Origin: Zooshikella sp. RANM57
Lineage (GTDB): Bacteria > Pseudomonadota > Gammaproteobacteria > Pseudomonadales > Zooshikellaceae
Reading direction: 5' to 3'
Assembly (NCBI RefSeq): GCF_050749885.1
Contig: NZ_JBOIUB010000011.1
Coordinates: 22,118-62,117, forward strand
Length of the DNA stretch: 40,000 nt
Below are positions 1-9,296 of this stretch, piece after piece (within the stretch, counting starts at the first letter, position 1; every line of letters starts with the position of its first letter). The translations under genes were made by a program, and so were the position numbers. Below the pieces are notes generated by a model, which ran no database searches, was not told the DNA's origin, and saw only the letters and a program-made list of their open reading frames with translations.

Positions 1-105
1 TCACGAAAAATATCTCAAAAACAAATTACACTACAAAATCGATATTAGTTTAGAACAAAAAATAATAAAACTAGATAAGGTAAAAGAAAGAAAAGAACAT
101 GGTTT

Positions 106-465
106 TTGATTGCTATGGCATATAAGCTAAATAAATACACAGTACTAACGCTAATAACGATACATGTGCTTACTGGTTGTAGCACTGGACCAACAGGTGT
201 ACTTGAAAAATCAATACGCACTTTTGATAAAGAAGAAGGTATTGTTACTCTTTCGGGTAAAATGCCTAAAGAGTTTAAGAAAGTTGTTTTCAAAAATAGT
301 TTTCTAACCAAAAGTTCAGCATGTTTGAAAAGTAGCGATATTAAAAACAATGGCTATGATGATTACCGAGAGATTTGGTATGACTACACTCCCAAAATAG
401 ACAGTAGTGGTCAATTTTACATCTCTATTTTAATAAAATTTAATTTATTATCCGAAACTGCGTAG
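106..465 (+). CDS. hypothetical lipoprotein
   Basis: The N-terminus MAYKLNKYTVLTLITIHVLTG|C shows a signal peptide with lipobox LTGC. The track start at 106 is TTG; the ATG at 115 is more likely. No family recognised. Confidence 0.45.
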   Translation: MIAMAYKLNKYTVLTLITIHVLTGCSTGPTGVLEKSIRTFDKEEGIVTLSGKMPKEFKKVVFKNSFLTKSSACLKSSDIKNNGYDDYREIWYDYTPKIDSSGQFYISILIKFNLLSETA

Positions 466-491
466 CACCAATTCTGAAGGAATAATATTTA

Positions 492-1196
492 ATGACAAAA
501 GCTAAATTCTCAAATTTGCTCATTTTTTTTGTGAAATTAGTCGTTATTTCTGGCTGTACATTGCAACACTATAAGTCCAACCTTACAGGACTTGCTATCA
601 CTCCACCTACAGAATCATACTGCATACCTCGTCAAGAGCTAGATAGCAGCTATTTTGATACAGACAAAATAGATATCAATAATTCAAATACACATGATAG
701 AAATGTATATGCTATAGTTGCTTTTTCAGAAAAGTTAGAATCTATACTCGGCAATAGTGGCCCTTTTCCTGTTGTCAACACTTCTTACAATGGCATTAAG
801 AGAAGTCATGGCTTCCCATTCATTTTTTTATACTCGATAATTACTGAAGATGGAAAAAGGGTTTACATAAATAATCCTAATGACACCTATAAAATGAGCA
901 ACATATCATTTTATGAATATATGGTACCTATACCGCTACTTGATGAAATTAACACTCAACATATAAATAAATACACATTCAACATAAGCAATAAGTACCA
1001 AGGTTTTCTAGTGTATAAAAAAGAAACTGATTTTATAAGCATTAATTCTTATGACATAAAATACCTATTAAACCATGGCAGTTTTTTAAAGCATAACGAA
1101 AGCAACAAGCCTATATATAAGCCTAACTGCAGAAATGTTGTTCCATTTCCACATTTCTTTCTAGATGAAGATACGGGCATGGAAGGAGTATTATAG
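492..1196 (+). CDS. hypothetical lipoprotein
   Basis: AAGGA lies ~10 nt upstream of the ATG. The N-terminus ...FFVKLVVISG|CT has a lipobox. The ORF is Asn/Tyr/Ile-rich and very AT-rich. No family recognised. Confidence 0.5.
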   Translation: MTKAKFSNLLIFFVKLVVISGCTLQHYKSNLTGLAITPPTESYCIPRQELDSSYFDTDKIDINNSNTHDRNVYAIVAFSEKLESILGNSGPFPVVNTSYNGIKRSHGFPFIFLYSIITEDGKRVYINNPNDTYKMSNISFYEYMVPIPLLDEINTQHINKYTFNISNKYQGFLVYKKETDFISINSYDIKYLLNHGSFLKHNESNKPIYKPNCRNVVPFPHFFLDEDTGMEGVL

Positions 1197-1491
1197 GTTA
1201 ATATTTATGTTACTCATATACACGTTATTTACTTTATTTTTTTCTTGCTTATCCCTAATTTTTTATACCCATCCACCAGGTATGAGTCATACAGGTATTA
1301 AGCTATTTTTTCCTCTTATTCTGTTGACGGTGAACGTTTTCGTGCTTGTAGCTGTTAAGCTTGCATCATTAGAATTAAAACCTGATAGCGCCACTTTTCA
1401 TAAGTTTTATTGGGTATGGTGGATAGGTACAATTACTTACTTATTCATTCTTTATGATCAACAAGAAGACATTAAGTATATCTTCATGTAG
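1165..1491 (+). CDS. hypothetical small integral membrane protein
   Basis: Several hydrophobic helices (LLIYTLFTLFFSCLSLIFY, LFFPLILLTVNVFVLVAV, WVWWIGTITYLFILY). The start is uncertain: ATG 1165 overlaps the upstream gene, and ATG 1207 is an alternative. Confidence 0.4.
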   Translation: MKIRAWKEYYRLIFMLLIYTLFTLFFSCLSLIFYTHPPGMSHTGIKLFFPLILLTVNVFVLVAVKLASLELKPDSATFHKFYWVWWIGTITYLFILYDQQEDIKYIFM

Positions 1492-1840
1492 TTAATAGTC
1501 TAATTAGTAACAACATCATATACTTTACTTTTTATTTTAAGCACCGTTTCTAAAATGAATTGCTTGGGTATGTTGCCGAACACCAAAAGCTAAAAACCTG
1601 ATTCTTCCTCTTCATTCTGATACACAGGCTATGAATGACCTGTCTACATACCTATTAACGTTATGTGCTACAGATAACTGACTCAGTTAAGGCATAACTT
1701 ACCGACTAGAGTTATGCTCAGTAGCCATAATATCTACACCTTGTTGTCAAAACCCTAATGGTTATTTTTTGTTACTAAATTCTCAATTTAATTTTTTTCC
1801 TGATGACTCCCTACTTTTATTAGGGATAATGTTGCCTGTA

Positions 1841-1863
1841 ATTTGAAATGTTAGATTTCAAAT
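1841..1863. promoter_or_regulatory. perfect 9-bp inverted repeat ATTTGAAAT-N5-ATTTCAAAT abutting the leader-peptide SD
   Basis: Read directly from the sequence. It ends 1 nt before the AGGTGA Shine-Dalgarno of the tnaC-like ORF. It could be an operator or a 5'-leader hairpin. Confidence 0.3.
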
Positions 1864-1873
1864 AGGTGATAAT

Positions 1874-1948
1874 ATGAATCAGTACAATAATTCTAGTATC
1901 TGGTATATTCACGATTACAAAATTGCCTTCTTCTTTCCTTGTAAGTAA
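1874..1948 (+). CDS. tnaC: TnaC-like tryptophanase operon leader peptide (24 aa: MNQYNNSSIWYIHDYKIAFFFPCK)
   Basis: AGGTGA SD lies 4 nt upstream. The ORF has W10-x3-D14-x7-P22, the same spacing as E. coli TnaC W12/D16/P24. The local match is WYIHDYKI versus E. coli WFNIDNKI. It sits 272 nt upstream of tnaA and is followed by a C-rich, G-poor tract. Confidence 0.6.
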   Translation: MNQYNNSSIWYIHDYKIAFFFPCK

Positions 1949-2220
1949 TCCCTCCTGACCTTACATATATTGTTTTTAATTCCTTCATTAACTAATTTTC
2001 TTCTTCGTTTCTGAGAAGCAGATTGGCTGATAATTTCATATTCAACAAAGTTATTAAAGACAATATTTATATAAATTTAATTGCAATTAAATCCAGAAAT
2101 AGTTTTGGATAGGATTTTTTTGACTTTTAAAAATTAGTTTGTGGTAACGATTACTAATCCGAATGTTATGGAAAAGATAATTTAGTTACTGCTTAACTCT
2201 TTTATACTAGGAATAACTTC

Positions 2221-3642
2221 GTGGATAATTTTAAACACCTTCCTGAACCCTTTCGTATTCGTGTTATTGAACCCGTAAAACGTACTACTCAAGCATATCG
2301 AGAACAGGCTATTTTACAGGCTGGTATGAATCCCTTTCTGTTAGATAGCAAAGATGTTTTCATTGATTTACTGACTGACAGTGGTACAGGTGCAATAACC
2401 CAGGAAATGCAGGCCGCTATGTTTTTAGGTGATGAAGCCTATAGTGGTAGCCGCAGCTACTATGCGCTCGCTGATTCAGTAAAAGATATTTTTGGTTACG
2501 AGTACACGATTCCTACACATCAGGGCCGTGGTGCAGAGCAAATTTATATCCCAGTATTAATTAAGAAACGAGAAAAAGAAAAGGGTTTAGATCGCGCTAA
2601 AATGGTGGCGATTTCAAACTATTTTTTCGATACTACTCAGGGTCATACCCAGCTAAATTCTTGTGTTGCCAGAAACGCTTATACCAAAGAAGCATTTGAT
2701 ACTTCAGTCAATGCTGATTTTAAAGGTAATTTTGATCTGGAGAAACTTGAACATGCAATTCTTGAAGCAGGTCCTGAGAATGTGCCATACATTGTTAGCA
2801 CCATCACTTGCAACTCTGCTGGAGGACAACCTGTTTCGATTGCTAATCTCAAAGCGGTATATGAGATAGCACAACGTTACGATATTCCCGTTGTTATGGA
2901 CTCAGCCCGTTTTGCTGAAAACGCTTATTTTATTCAACAACGCGAACCCGGTTATCAAGACTGGACTATTGAAGCGATCACTTTTGAAAGCTACAAATAC
3001 GCTGATGCGTTAGCCATGTCCGCTAAAAAAGATGCCATGGTACAAATGGGCGGTTTGCTTTGCTTTAAAGATGATTCTCTGCTGGATGTGTATAACGAGT
3101 GCCGTACTTTATGTGTTGTTCAAGAAGGCTTCCCAACTTACGGCGGGTTGGAAGGCGGCGCAATGGAACGTTTAGCGGTTGGTTTGTATGATGGTATGCG
3201 TCAAGAATGGCTTGCCTATCGAATCAGGCAAGTACAGTATCTTGTTAATGGTTTAGAAGCCATTGGGGTTATTTGTCAACAAGCAGGTGGCCACGCTGCC
3301 TTTGTCGATGCCGGTAAACTTTTACCTCATATCCCATCTGACCAGTTTCCAGCCCATGCATTAGCGTGTGAGCTATATAAAGTGGCAGGCATTCGAGCCG
3401 TTGAAATTGGCTCATTATTACTTGGTCGTGATCCAGTGACAGGTAAGCAGCACCCATGCCCAGCAGAGTTACTTCGTTTAACCATTCCCCGTGCAACTTA
3501 TACACAAACGCATATGGATTTTATTATTGAGGCCTTTGAAAAAGTAAAAGAAAACGCAGCAAAGGTTAAAGGTTTAGATTTTACCTATGAGCCTGAAGTT
3601 CTGCGTCATTTCACTGCGCGCCTGAAAGAAGTTGAGGATTAA
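2221..3642 (+). CDS. tnaA: tryptophanase (tryptophan indole-lyase)
   Basis: 473 aa with a GTG start. Long stretches are identical to E. coli TnaA as I recall it ([52 protein letters not shown] with the PLP lysine, [22 protein letters not shown]). Confidence 0.97.
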   Translation: MDNFKHLPEPFRIRVIEPVKRTTQAYREQAILQAGMNPFLLDSKDVFIDLLTDSGTGAITQEMQAAMFLGDEAYSGSRSYYALADSVKDIFGYEYTIPTHQGRGAEQIYIPVLIKKREKEKGLDRAKMVAISNYFFDTTQGHTQLNSCVARNAYTKEAFDTSVNADFKGNFDLEKLEHAILEAGPENVPYIVSTITCNSAGGQPVSIANLKAVYEIAQRYDIPVVMDSARFAENAYFIQQREPGYQDWTIEAITFESYKYADALAMSAKKDAMVQMGGLLCFKDDSLLDVYNECRTLCVVQEGFPTYGGLEGGAMERLAVGLYDGMRQEWLAYRIRQVQYLVNGLEAIGVICQQAGGHAAFVDAGKLLPHIPSDQFPAHALACELYKVAGIRAVEIGSLLLGRDPVTGKQHPCPAELLRLTIPRATYTQTHMDFIIEAFEKVKENAAKVKGLDFTYEPEVLRHFTARLKEVED

Positions 3643-3656
3643 ATTCAATGATAAAT

Positions 3657-3681
3657 GCAGCCTATTTAGGCTGCGTATTTT
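3657..3681 (+). terminator. hairpin GCAGCCT-ATTT-AGGCTGC followed by GTATTTT, between tnaA and the permease gene
   Basis: 7-bp GC-rich stem plus a T-rich tail, 15 nt after the tnaA stop. Probably a partial terminator or mRNA stabiliser inside the operon. Confidence 0.4.
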
Positions 3682-3755
3682 AAAGCCTCTCATACCTTAG
3701 AAAAATATCGACAAAAAATTAAATACTTAATTATAAAGATAAAGAGAATATAATA

Positions 3756-4970
3756 ATGAATACTAAGCCCTCCCTACTCGGTGGGTCCTGCATCATCGCA
3801 AGTGTCTGTGTAGGCGCTGGCATGTTAGGACTACCCAGTGCTGGCGCAGGTGCATGGACAATTTGGTCTTTGCTTGCCATCACTTTAACCATGATTGTTA
3901 TGACTATCTCTAGCTGGATGTTACTTGAAGCATTCAAGCATTATGATTTAAAAGTCTCATTTAATACCGTAACAAAAAACATGTTGGGAGATAAAATCAA
4001 CATGTTCAATAATTTAGCCGTGTATTTTGTGGGTGGCATTTTGCTTTATGCCTACATCACTTCTTCAGGCTTGATTTTGCAAGAAATACTCAATATTAAT
4101 AGCAAAATCGCTTCAGTTTTATTTGTTATTCTATTTTCGAGTTTTGTATGGCACTCTACACGCGCGGTTGACCGTATTTCAGTCGTTCTTATCGCTTTTA
4201 TGGTACTCAGCTTTATATTTGGTGTGTCTGGACTTACCTTAAGTGTAGATATGTCTGTTTTGTTTGATACCATTAATCAAGAAGCTGAATATGCGCCTTA
4301 TGCGCTCGCCATGTTTCCCGTCGCGCTCACTTCATTTGGTTACCACCACTCCGTCGCGTCCATGCGTGCCTATTATGGAGAGGAGCGACGAGCCAAGTAT
4401 GCCATATTTGGAGGAACTATAATTGCACTTGGGCTTTATTTTCTTTGGATATTCTGTATTTTTGGTAACTTACCACGAAGTGACTTCAGTCCTATTATTG
4501 AGCAAGGTGGAAATGTTGATGCTTTGCTTGGCGCATTAGGTTCCGTGATCGAATCAGAAAAAGTAGCTAAAGCAATTAACGCATTTTCCATGGCCGCTAT
4601 TCTGTCATCATTTATTGGTGTGGGTTTGGGTGTATTTGACTTTTTAGCTGATTGCTTTAAATTTGAAGATTGCAAACGCGGTCGAACAAAAACATGGTTT
4701 GTAACATTTATACCTCCTTTGATTTTGTCTCTGTTATTTCCTTTTGGTTTCGTAACAGCAATTGGTTATGCGGGAGGTATTGCAACCATTTGGACATGTA
4801 TTATACCCGCACTGCTGGCGAAAAAGTCACGCACTATGAAATCAGGTAATGAAGGATTTATCGTCTCAGGAGGCTCTTTCATTCTCACATTCGTTTTTTT
4901 ATTTGGTGTATTTATCGCTGCATTCCATTTTTTGGCAATGGCAGGCATGTTACCCATTTTTACAGGCTAA
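3756..4970 (+). CDS. tnaB: aromatic amino acid (tryptophan) permease, TnaB/Mtr/TyrP (HAAAP) family
   Basis: 404 aa with ~11 TM helices. Alignable with E. coli TnaB/Mtr (e.g. FGYHHSV, GNLPRSDF..IIEQGGNVD, GVGLGVFDFLAD). Positioned directly after tnaA. Confidence 0.8.
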   Translation: MNTKPSLLGGSCIIASVCVGAGMLGLPSAGAGAWTIWSLLAITLTMIVMTISSWMLLEAFKHYDLKVSFNTVTKNMLGDKINMFNNLAVYFVGGILLYAYITSSGLILQEILNINSKIASVLFVILFSSFVWHSTRAVDRISVVLIAFMVLSFIFGVSGLTLSVDMSVLFDTINQEAEYAPYALAMFPVALTSFGYHHSVASMRAYYGEERRAKYAIFGGTIIALGLYFLWIFCIFGNLPRSDFSPIIEQGGNVDALLGALGSVIESEKVAKAINAFSMAAILSSFIGVGLGVFDFLADCFKFEDCKRGRTKTWFVTFIPPLILSLLFPFGFVTAIGYAGGIATIWTCIIPALLAKKSRTMKSGNEGFIVSGGSFILTFVFLFGVFIAAFHFLAMAGMLPIFTG

Positions 4971-5012
4971 CCCGAAAAATGATTCGCGAATAATATAAAT
5001 GAGGAATATTAA

Positions 5013-5393
5013 ATGACAGCAATTAAAACATCTCAAGCTCCAGAAGCGATTGGCCCTTATGTACAAGGTGTCAGTTTTGCCAATATGGTGATTACCTCAG
5101 GACAATTACCTTTAGATCCAATAACCAAAAAAATGTCCGATGATGTGGCCGAGCAAACAACCCAATCGTTAAATAATGCATTAGCGATTATTAAAGAAGC
5201 GGGCTTGAATGCGGGCAATATCATGAAAACAACCGTCTTTGTGAAAGACTTGAACGAATTTTCATTGATTAATGCAGCCTACGAAGCTTTCTTTCAAGCA
5301 CATAATGCATCATTTCCTGCTCGCTCATGTATAGAAGTGGCACGGTTACCGATGGATGCTAAAGTTGAAATTGAAGTGATCGCCGTACGTTAG
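5013..5393 (+). CDS. ridA: RidA/YjgF-family reactive enamine/imine deaminase
   Basis: 126 aa with a GAGGA RBS. Close match to E. coli RidA (APEAIGPYVQGV, ITSGQLP, KTTVFVKDLNEF, FPARSCIEVARLP, EIEVIAVR). Confidence 0.9.
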   Translation: MTAIKTSQAPEAIGPYVQGVSFANMVITSGQLPLDPITKKMSDDVAEQTTQSLNNALAIIKEAGLNAGNIMKTTVFVKDLNEFSLINAAYEAFFQAHNASFPARSCIEVARLPMDAKVEIEVIAVR

Positions 5394-5409
5394 GTTCTAA
5401 CAACGTTTA

Positions 5410-5450
5410 TAAGGGCACCTCTAAAATGCTTTTTTTTAGAAGTGCCCTTA
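5410..5450. repeat. palindromic repeat element copy A (TAAGGGCACCTCTAAAA-TGCTTTT-TTTTAGAAGTGCCCTTA)
   Basis: 16-bp arms with 1 mismatch, 17 nt after the ridA stop. It may double as a terminator. It belongs to the same family as copies at 13419, 15855, 20866 and 22678. Confidence 0.7.
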
Positions 5451-5813
5451 AATTTATTTATTTTATATACCTACTAAAACACCTTTACTACCTGTATAAC
5501 AACTACGTATTTTCTACTTATATTTTTGTTTATCATTCATACGTAAATCATAGCATATTCACTCATACACCCAATAAATCCAGGTTAACTCTTATAATCG
5601 CATGAATTCGACTATCATTAACTTTAGACTTTAGTATAATACCCATCTATTCAGCTATTGTATTATAATAAAAACCATGATTCTCATTAAACCCTGAAAA
5701 TGCTGCAATGTAAGTATTACACACACTTTTAAACGTATTTATTTGTATAAATTATATCCATTACTTTTATAAATAGTGTACTTACAATCTTCGCATGTCA
5801 TTTTAAGCTAACC

Positions 5814-6572
5814 TTGCTGGGGCCTGTTAACACTATTCGTGATATGAACAAGATACTTGAACAAGCAGAGAAACTTAAACAAATTAAGTCAATAGAAGCA
5901 CTAACACTGCATTGCAATGAAATTATGGATAGCCTGGATATTGATTATTATATCTTTCGCTATTACCCGCCATTACAATTGACAGAAGATGACATGCTTT
6001 CTTTTGGCAACTATCCAGAACAATGGATTGACTATTACGATATTAATGAATTGGTTAAAATTGATCCAATCCATCTTCATTGTAAAAGCCACAGTACTCC
6101 TATATTTTGGCAAGAAGCTAAGAAAATTAAGCAATTCAATGCAAGTGAACACCGCCAAGTTATGACGTTAGCAGAAAGCGCTGGCCTTAAAGATGGTATA
6201 ACAATACCTGTTCATGGCCTGCGCAGAGGGGTTGCTTTTCTAAGTACTGCTTTTCATAGAACGATATCCATTGAGAAGGAAATTCGCAATATCGCTAATA
6301 TTCAATGGATTACACCATTTATCTATGAAGCCGTTAATCGGATAGAATTAAGTAATTCACAAAATAAAACGGTGCTTTCAAAGCGAGAAAAAGAATGCCT
6401 AGCGTGGGCCAGTAGTGGTAAAACATCATGGGAGATCTCTCAAATATTAGGGGTTTCTGAAAGAACCGTTAACTTTCATTTAACAAATGCAACACAAAAA
6501 ACCAATTCATCGAATAGAATACAAGCAATAGCACGCTCAATTATCCACGGAATTATTGAACCAATGTACTAA
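5814..6572 (+). CDS. luxR: LuxR-family AHL-responsive transcriptional regulator
   Basis: The autoinducer-binding domain hallmarks are present (W..Y......DP...........W: EQWIDYYDINELVKIDP...IFW). The C-terminal GerE HTH is present (LSKREKECLAWASSGKTSWEISQILGVSERTVNFHL). The track start is TTG; the ATG at 5844 is an alternative. Confidence 0.9.
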   Translation: MLGPVNTIRDMNKILEQAEKLKQIKSIEALTLHCNEIMDSLDIDYYIFRYYPPLQLTEDDMLSFGNYPEQWIDYYDINELVKIDPIHLHCKSHSTPIFWQEAKKIKQFNASEHRQVMTLAESAGLKDGITIPVHGLRRGVAFLSTAFHRTISIEKEIRNIANIQWITPFIYEAVNRIELSNSQNKTVLSKREKECLAWASSGKTSWEISQILGVSERTVNFHLTNATQKTNSSNRIQAIARSIIHGIIEPMY

Positions 6573-6801
6573 TTTCAGTATATCTAATACACACATCATT
6601 CAACGGCTACATTAAATATCTCTTAAGTATTTTACTTGCTCATTGCTGGCCGTTTGTCACTCAGATCTTCATCACCTATATCAATACCTGTCAAGCTCGC
6701 AGTATCAGCGAGTCAACGCTTTGTTATTCATTTTTGTCTGACAAAACCGATATCACAAGTAACAGTAACCTGGCTTTATCCTCACAAAATTTTTTTCCAA
6801 A

Positions 6802-6821
6802 ACCTGTCATTTTAGCTAGTT
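6802..6821 (+). promoter_or_regulatory. candidate lux-box-like site ACCTGTCATTTTAGCTAGTT upstream of the dioxygenase operon
   Basis: The left half, ACCTGT, equals the V. fischeri lux-box half-site. The pattern is CTG-N10-TAG. The centre lies ~44 nt upstream of the TSS predicted from TATAAT at 6843-6848. The 8-mer ACCTGTCA also occurs at 6686-6693. Dyad symmetry is weak. Confidence 0.3.
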
Positions 6822-6896
6822 ATGTAGCTCCGTATCTCTCCCTATAATTTAAACCACAAAATCACCATCCTAATAAAGAAACACGGTATAACAATA

Positions 6897-7814
6897 ATGA
6901 GTACTTTACTTGAAAATAATAAGTTATCTTCGCTCTTTGATTACTTTGGAACGACTATTTTTAGCCACAATAACGAAGATATAAACCAGCTCCCTTACCA
7001 ATTGCTCATAAAGTCATTGGCAACATCCGGCGTCGTCTTACTTCGGAATTTTGACGTCAATGTGCATACTTTTAGTACATTTATAGAAAATAATTCTGAT
7101 TACGTCACTTTCGACCCTGCTCGAAAACCCACGACAAAAAGTACAGCAGAGATACAAGCAGGTGATGTAGAAATGGGTTTACATATGGAAAATGGAAACC
7201 TTCCATTCTCCCCAGAACTTCAGTGGTTTTATTGTGGGAAGGCTGCCAAAGAAGGTTCAGAAACTACATTCTGTGACGGTTTGACGGTATGGCAAAAACT
7301 ATCACCCATGACCCAGAAGAAATTTTTAAATAAAAAAGTTAAATACTCGCGCGATATTCCTTGGGAAAATGTCAAACGTTATTTATCACTTGAGTTACAA
7401 CAGCCTGTAGATAGAATTACTGACGAGCACCTTGAATATGTTAATGCAATTATTCCTGGCCAAACCTACACGCGTATAAATGATGAATCAATTCATTCTG
7501 AATATGTTGTTTCAGCCGTAATTGATAATGTATTTAATACTGGCCCTTGTTTTTGTAATTCACTAATGAGTCCTAGTGTGAATTATCGGCCTCCTAAAAT
7601 GACCTGGGAAGATGATACTGAAATCTCTGAGTTTGTATGGACTGAGATTAAAGATATTTGCGAAGAATATACACGTGATCATAAATGGCAAGATAATGAT
7701 GTTATTATCGTTGATAACACACGGGTTATGCATGGTCGCAGGAAAGTACTAGATCCTTTACGCAAAATGTTTGGTGCACAAAGCTACCTGGTGGGAGGTA
7801 ACAATGTTAAGTAA
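6897..7814 (+). CDS. TauD/TfdA-family Fe(II)/2-oxoglutarate-dependent dioxygenase
   Basis: 305 aa with the facial triad H-x-E (GLHMENG) and a distal His in DNTRVMHGRR. The overall layout is typical of the clavaminate-synthase-like/TauD family. Confidence 0.75.
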   Translation: MSTLLENNKLSSLFDYFGTTIFSHNNEDINQLPYQLLIKSLATSGVVLLRNFDVNVHTFSTFIENNSDYVTFDPARKPTTKSTAEIQAGDVEMGLHMENGNLPFSPELQWFYCGKAAKEGSETTFCDGLTVWQKLSPMTQKKFLNKKVKYSRDIPWENVKRYLSLELQQPVDRITDEHLEYVNAIIPGQTYTRINDESIHSEYVVSAVIDNVFNTGPCFCNSLMSPSVNYRPPKMTWEDDTEISEFVWTEIKDICEEYTRDHKWQDNDVIIVDNTRVMHGRRKVLDPLRKMFGAQSYLVGGNNVK

Positions 7815-9294
7815 ACGTATTCTGAAGTATTTAAATGAAACACCCGATCGTGTTTTCGCAAAAGACATTAATGGCACTGAATATACGCTTGATCAATTAC
7901 GGAATGATATCAATCTAGTAAAAAATAATTTGGCCGCGCATAATTTATCATTAAACGGCAAAATTGTGGGTATCGCCATGCGCTCAAGCTATGAATGGAT
8001 CGTAACACATTTTGCGACCATGGAGCTTGGTACTATTTTACTGCCTGTTCCCCTAGAATTTGCTGATGAGCAAATTGCCAGTTTAATGACCAAGGCCACC
8101 GCTGTTTTTGTGGCCGATGAACAGCAACATAAGCGAATTAACGCGATATTACCTGATAAACTGTGTATTAATGCAAAAGGTGAGCCTTTAAATAAAAATA
8201 AATTAGGTGATATGGTTGAGATACCTGCGGGATTACTTTCGATTATTCATACATCAGGTACGACGTCTAAACCCAAAGGGGTCATGATTCGAGATGAAGC
8301 ATTGAATATTCTTGTTAATAGTTTATTCAAGCGTGTGCCTGCTCAGCCACTGCATTATCTTTCAATTGTGCCAATGAGTCTTTTAATTGAACAAGTATTG
8401 GGTATTTACTTACCATTACTGTCTGGAGGCACCATTACTTTTATGCCAAAAGCCATGACTGAATATGGCGCAGGTATAGGAGAGCCAATTGATTACCTCA
8501 ATTTAATAAAACAGGCTACACCAAACTTTATTTATTTACCGCCTAAGTTACTTGAGGAAACGAATAGGGTTTTAGAAGAAAGTGCTGATAAAACAACTTT
8601 ATTCGGGTCAGCTATCGACTTTGACAAACTACATATTATCACTGGAGGTGCAAAAATAAGCCCAGAAATCATTCAGTCTCTCGATAATCATAATATTAAC
8701 GTTTTTGAAGCCTATGGATTAAGTGAAAACAGTTCAGTCATATCAATTAACGGCCCTAATGAGCGAAAAATTGGTTCCGTTGGAAAGCTATTAGATGGCA
8801 TTGTACCAAAGTTTGTTGATGGTGAACTGCTTGTCAAAACACCTACACTCTGTGCTGGTTACTACAACGCTGATGACACAGCTTGCGATTTATCTGATGG
8901 TTATCTCCATACAGGTGATATTGCTGAAATACGGGATGGTTATCTCTATATTACTGGGCGTAAAAAACATGTAATTATTTTGTCTAACTCACGGAATTTA
9001 TCACCTGAGTGGGTTGAGTCCATTTACAAACAAAGCTTACTTATTGATGATATGATTGTTATCGGAGAAGCCCAAGCCTATCCAACAGCCATTATTTTAT
9101 CAAAAGCAGATAAACATGCTATTCATAATGAATTGCATAAGTATCATGATCAAATAGCTAAATTCGCTCAAATCAATCACTTTGAGCTTATAAATGACGT
9201 TGATGCATTTAGAGGCCAATATTATACCGTCTCAGGTAAGCCAAAACGTAGCGAAATTGATCAATCATTCTCAACCAGTTTATACAGGAATTAG
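7804..9294 (+). CDS. AMP-dependent synthetase/ligase (acyl-CoA ligase-like adenylating enzyme)
   Basis: Adenylation core motifs are present: IIHTSGTTSKPKGV, YGLSE, HTGDIAE, GRKK and SGKPKR. The start is set at ATG 7804, which has a GGGAGG RBS and overlaps the dioxygenase stop by 11 nt. The track start at 7771 has no RBS. Confidence 0.9.
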   Translation: MLSKRILKYLNETPDRVFAKDINGTEYTLDQLRNDINLVKNNLAAHNLSLNGKIVGIAMRSSYEWIVTHFATMELGTILLPVPLEFADEQIASLMTKATAVFVADEQQHKRINAILPDKLCINAKGEPLNKNKLGDMVEIPAGLLSIIHTSGTTSKPKGVMIRDEALNILVNSLFKRVPAQPLHYLSIVPMSLLIEQVLGIYLPLLSGGTITFMPKAMTEYGAGIGEPIDYLNLIKQATPNFIYLPPKLLEETNRVLEESADKTTLFGSAIDFDKLHIITGGAKISPEIIQSLDNHNINVFEAYGLSENSSVISINGPNERKIGSVGKLLDGIVPKFVDGELLVKTPTLCAGYYNADDTACDLSDGYLHTGDIAEIRDGYLYITGRKKHVIILSNSRNLSPEWVESIYKQSLLIDDMIVIGEAQAYPTAIILSKADKHAIHNELHKYHDQIAKFAQINHFELINDVDAFRGQYYTVSGKPKRSEIDQSFSTSLYRN

Positions 9295-9296
9295 TC

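Noticed and set aside
1841-1863. Interpretation of ATTTGAAAT-N5-ATTTCAAAT as a CRP site, since the E. coli tna promoter is CRP-dependent
   Set aside because: The TTTGA/TCAAA half-sites are 11 nt apart instead of the 6 nt of the TGTGA-N6-TCACA consensus. The site also abuts the SD rather than a promoter. It is kept only as an unexplained inverted repeat.
2663-4957. Multiple 60-80-aa ORFs inside or antisense to tnaA and the permease gene (2663-2869, 3269-3505, 3731-3937, 4052-4273, 4436-4675, 4766-4957)
   Set aside because: They lie entirely within strongly supported genes in alternative frames or strands, have no RBS and show shadow-ORF composition.
7771-7803. Upstream ATG (7771) as the start of the AMP-ligase
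   Set aside because: It has no RBS and would overlap the dioxygenase by 44 nt. ATG 7804 has a GGGAGG SD at ideal spacing.
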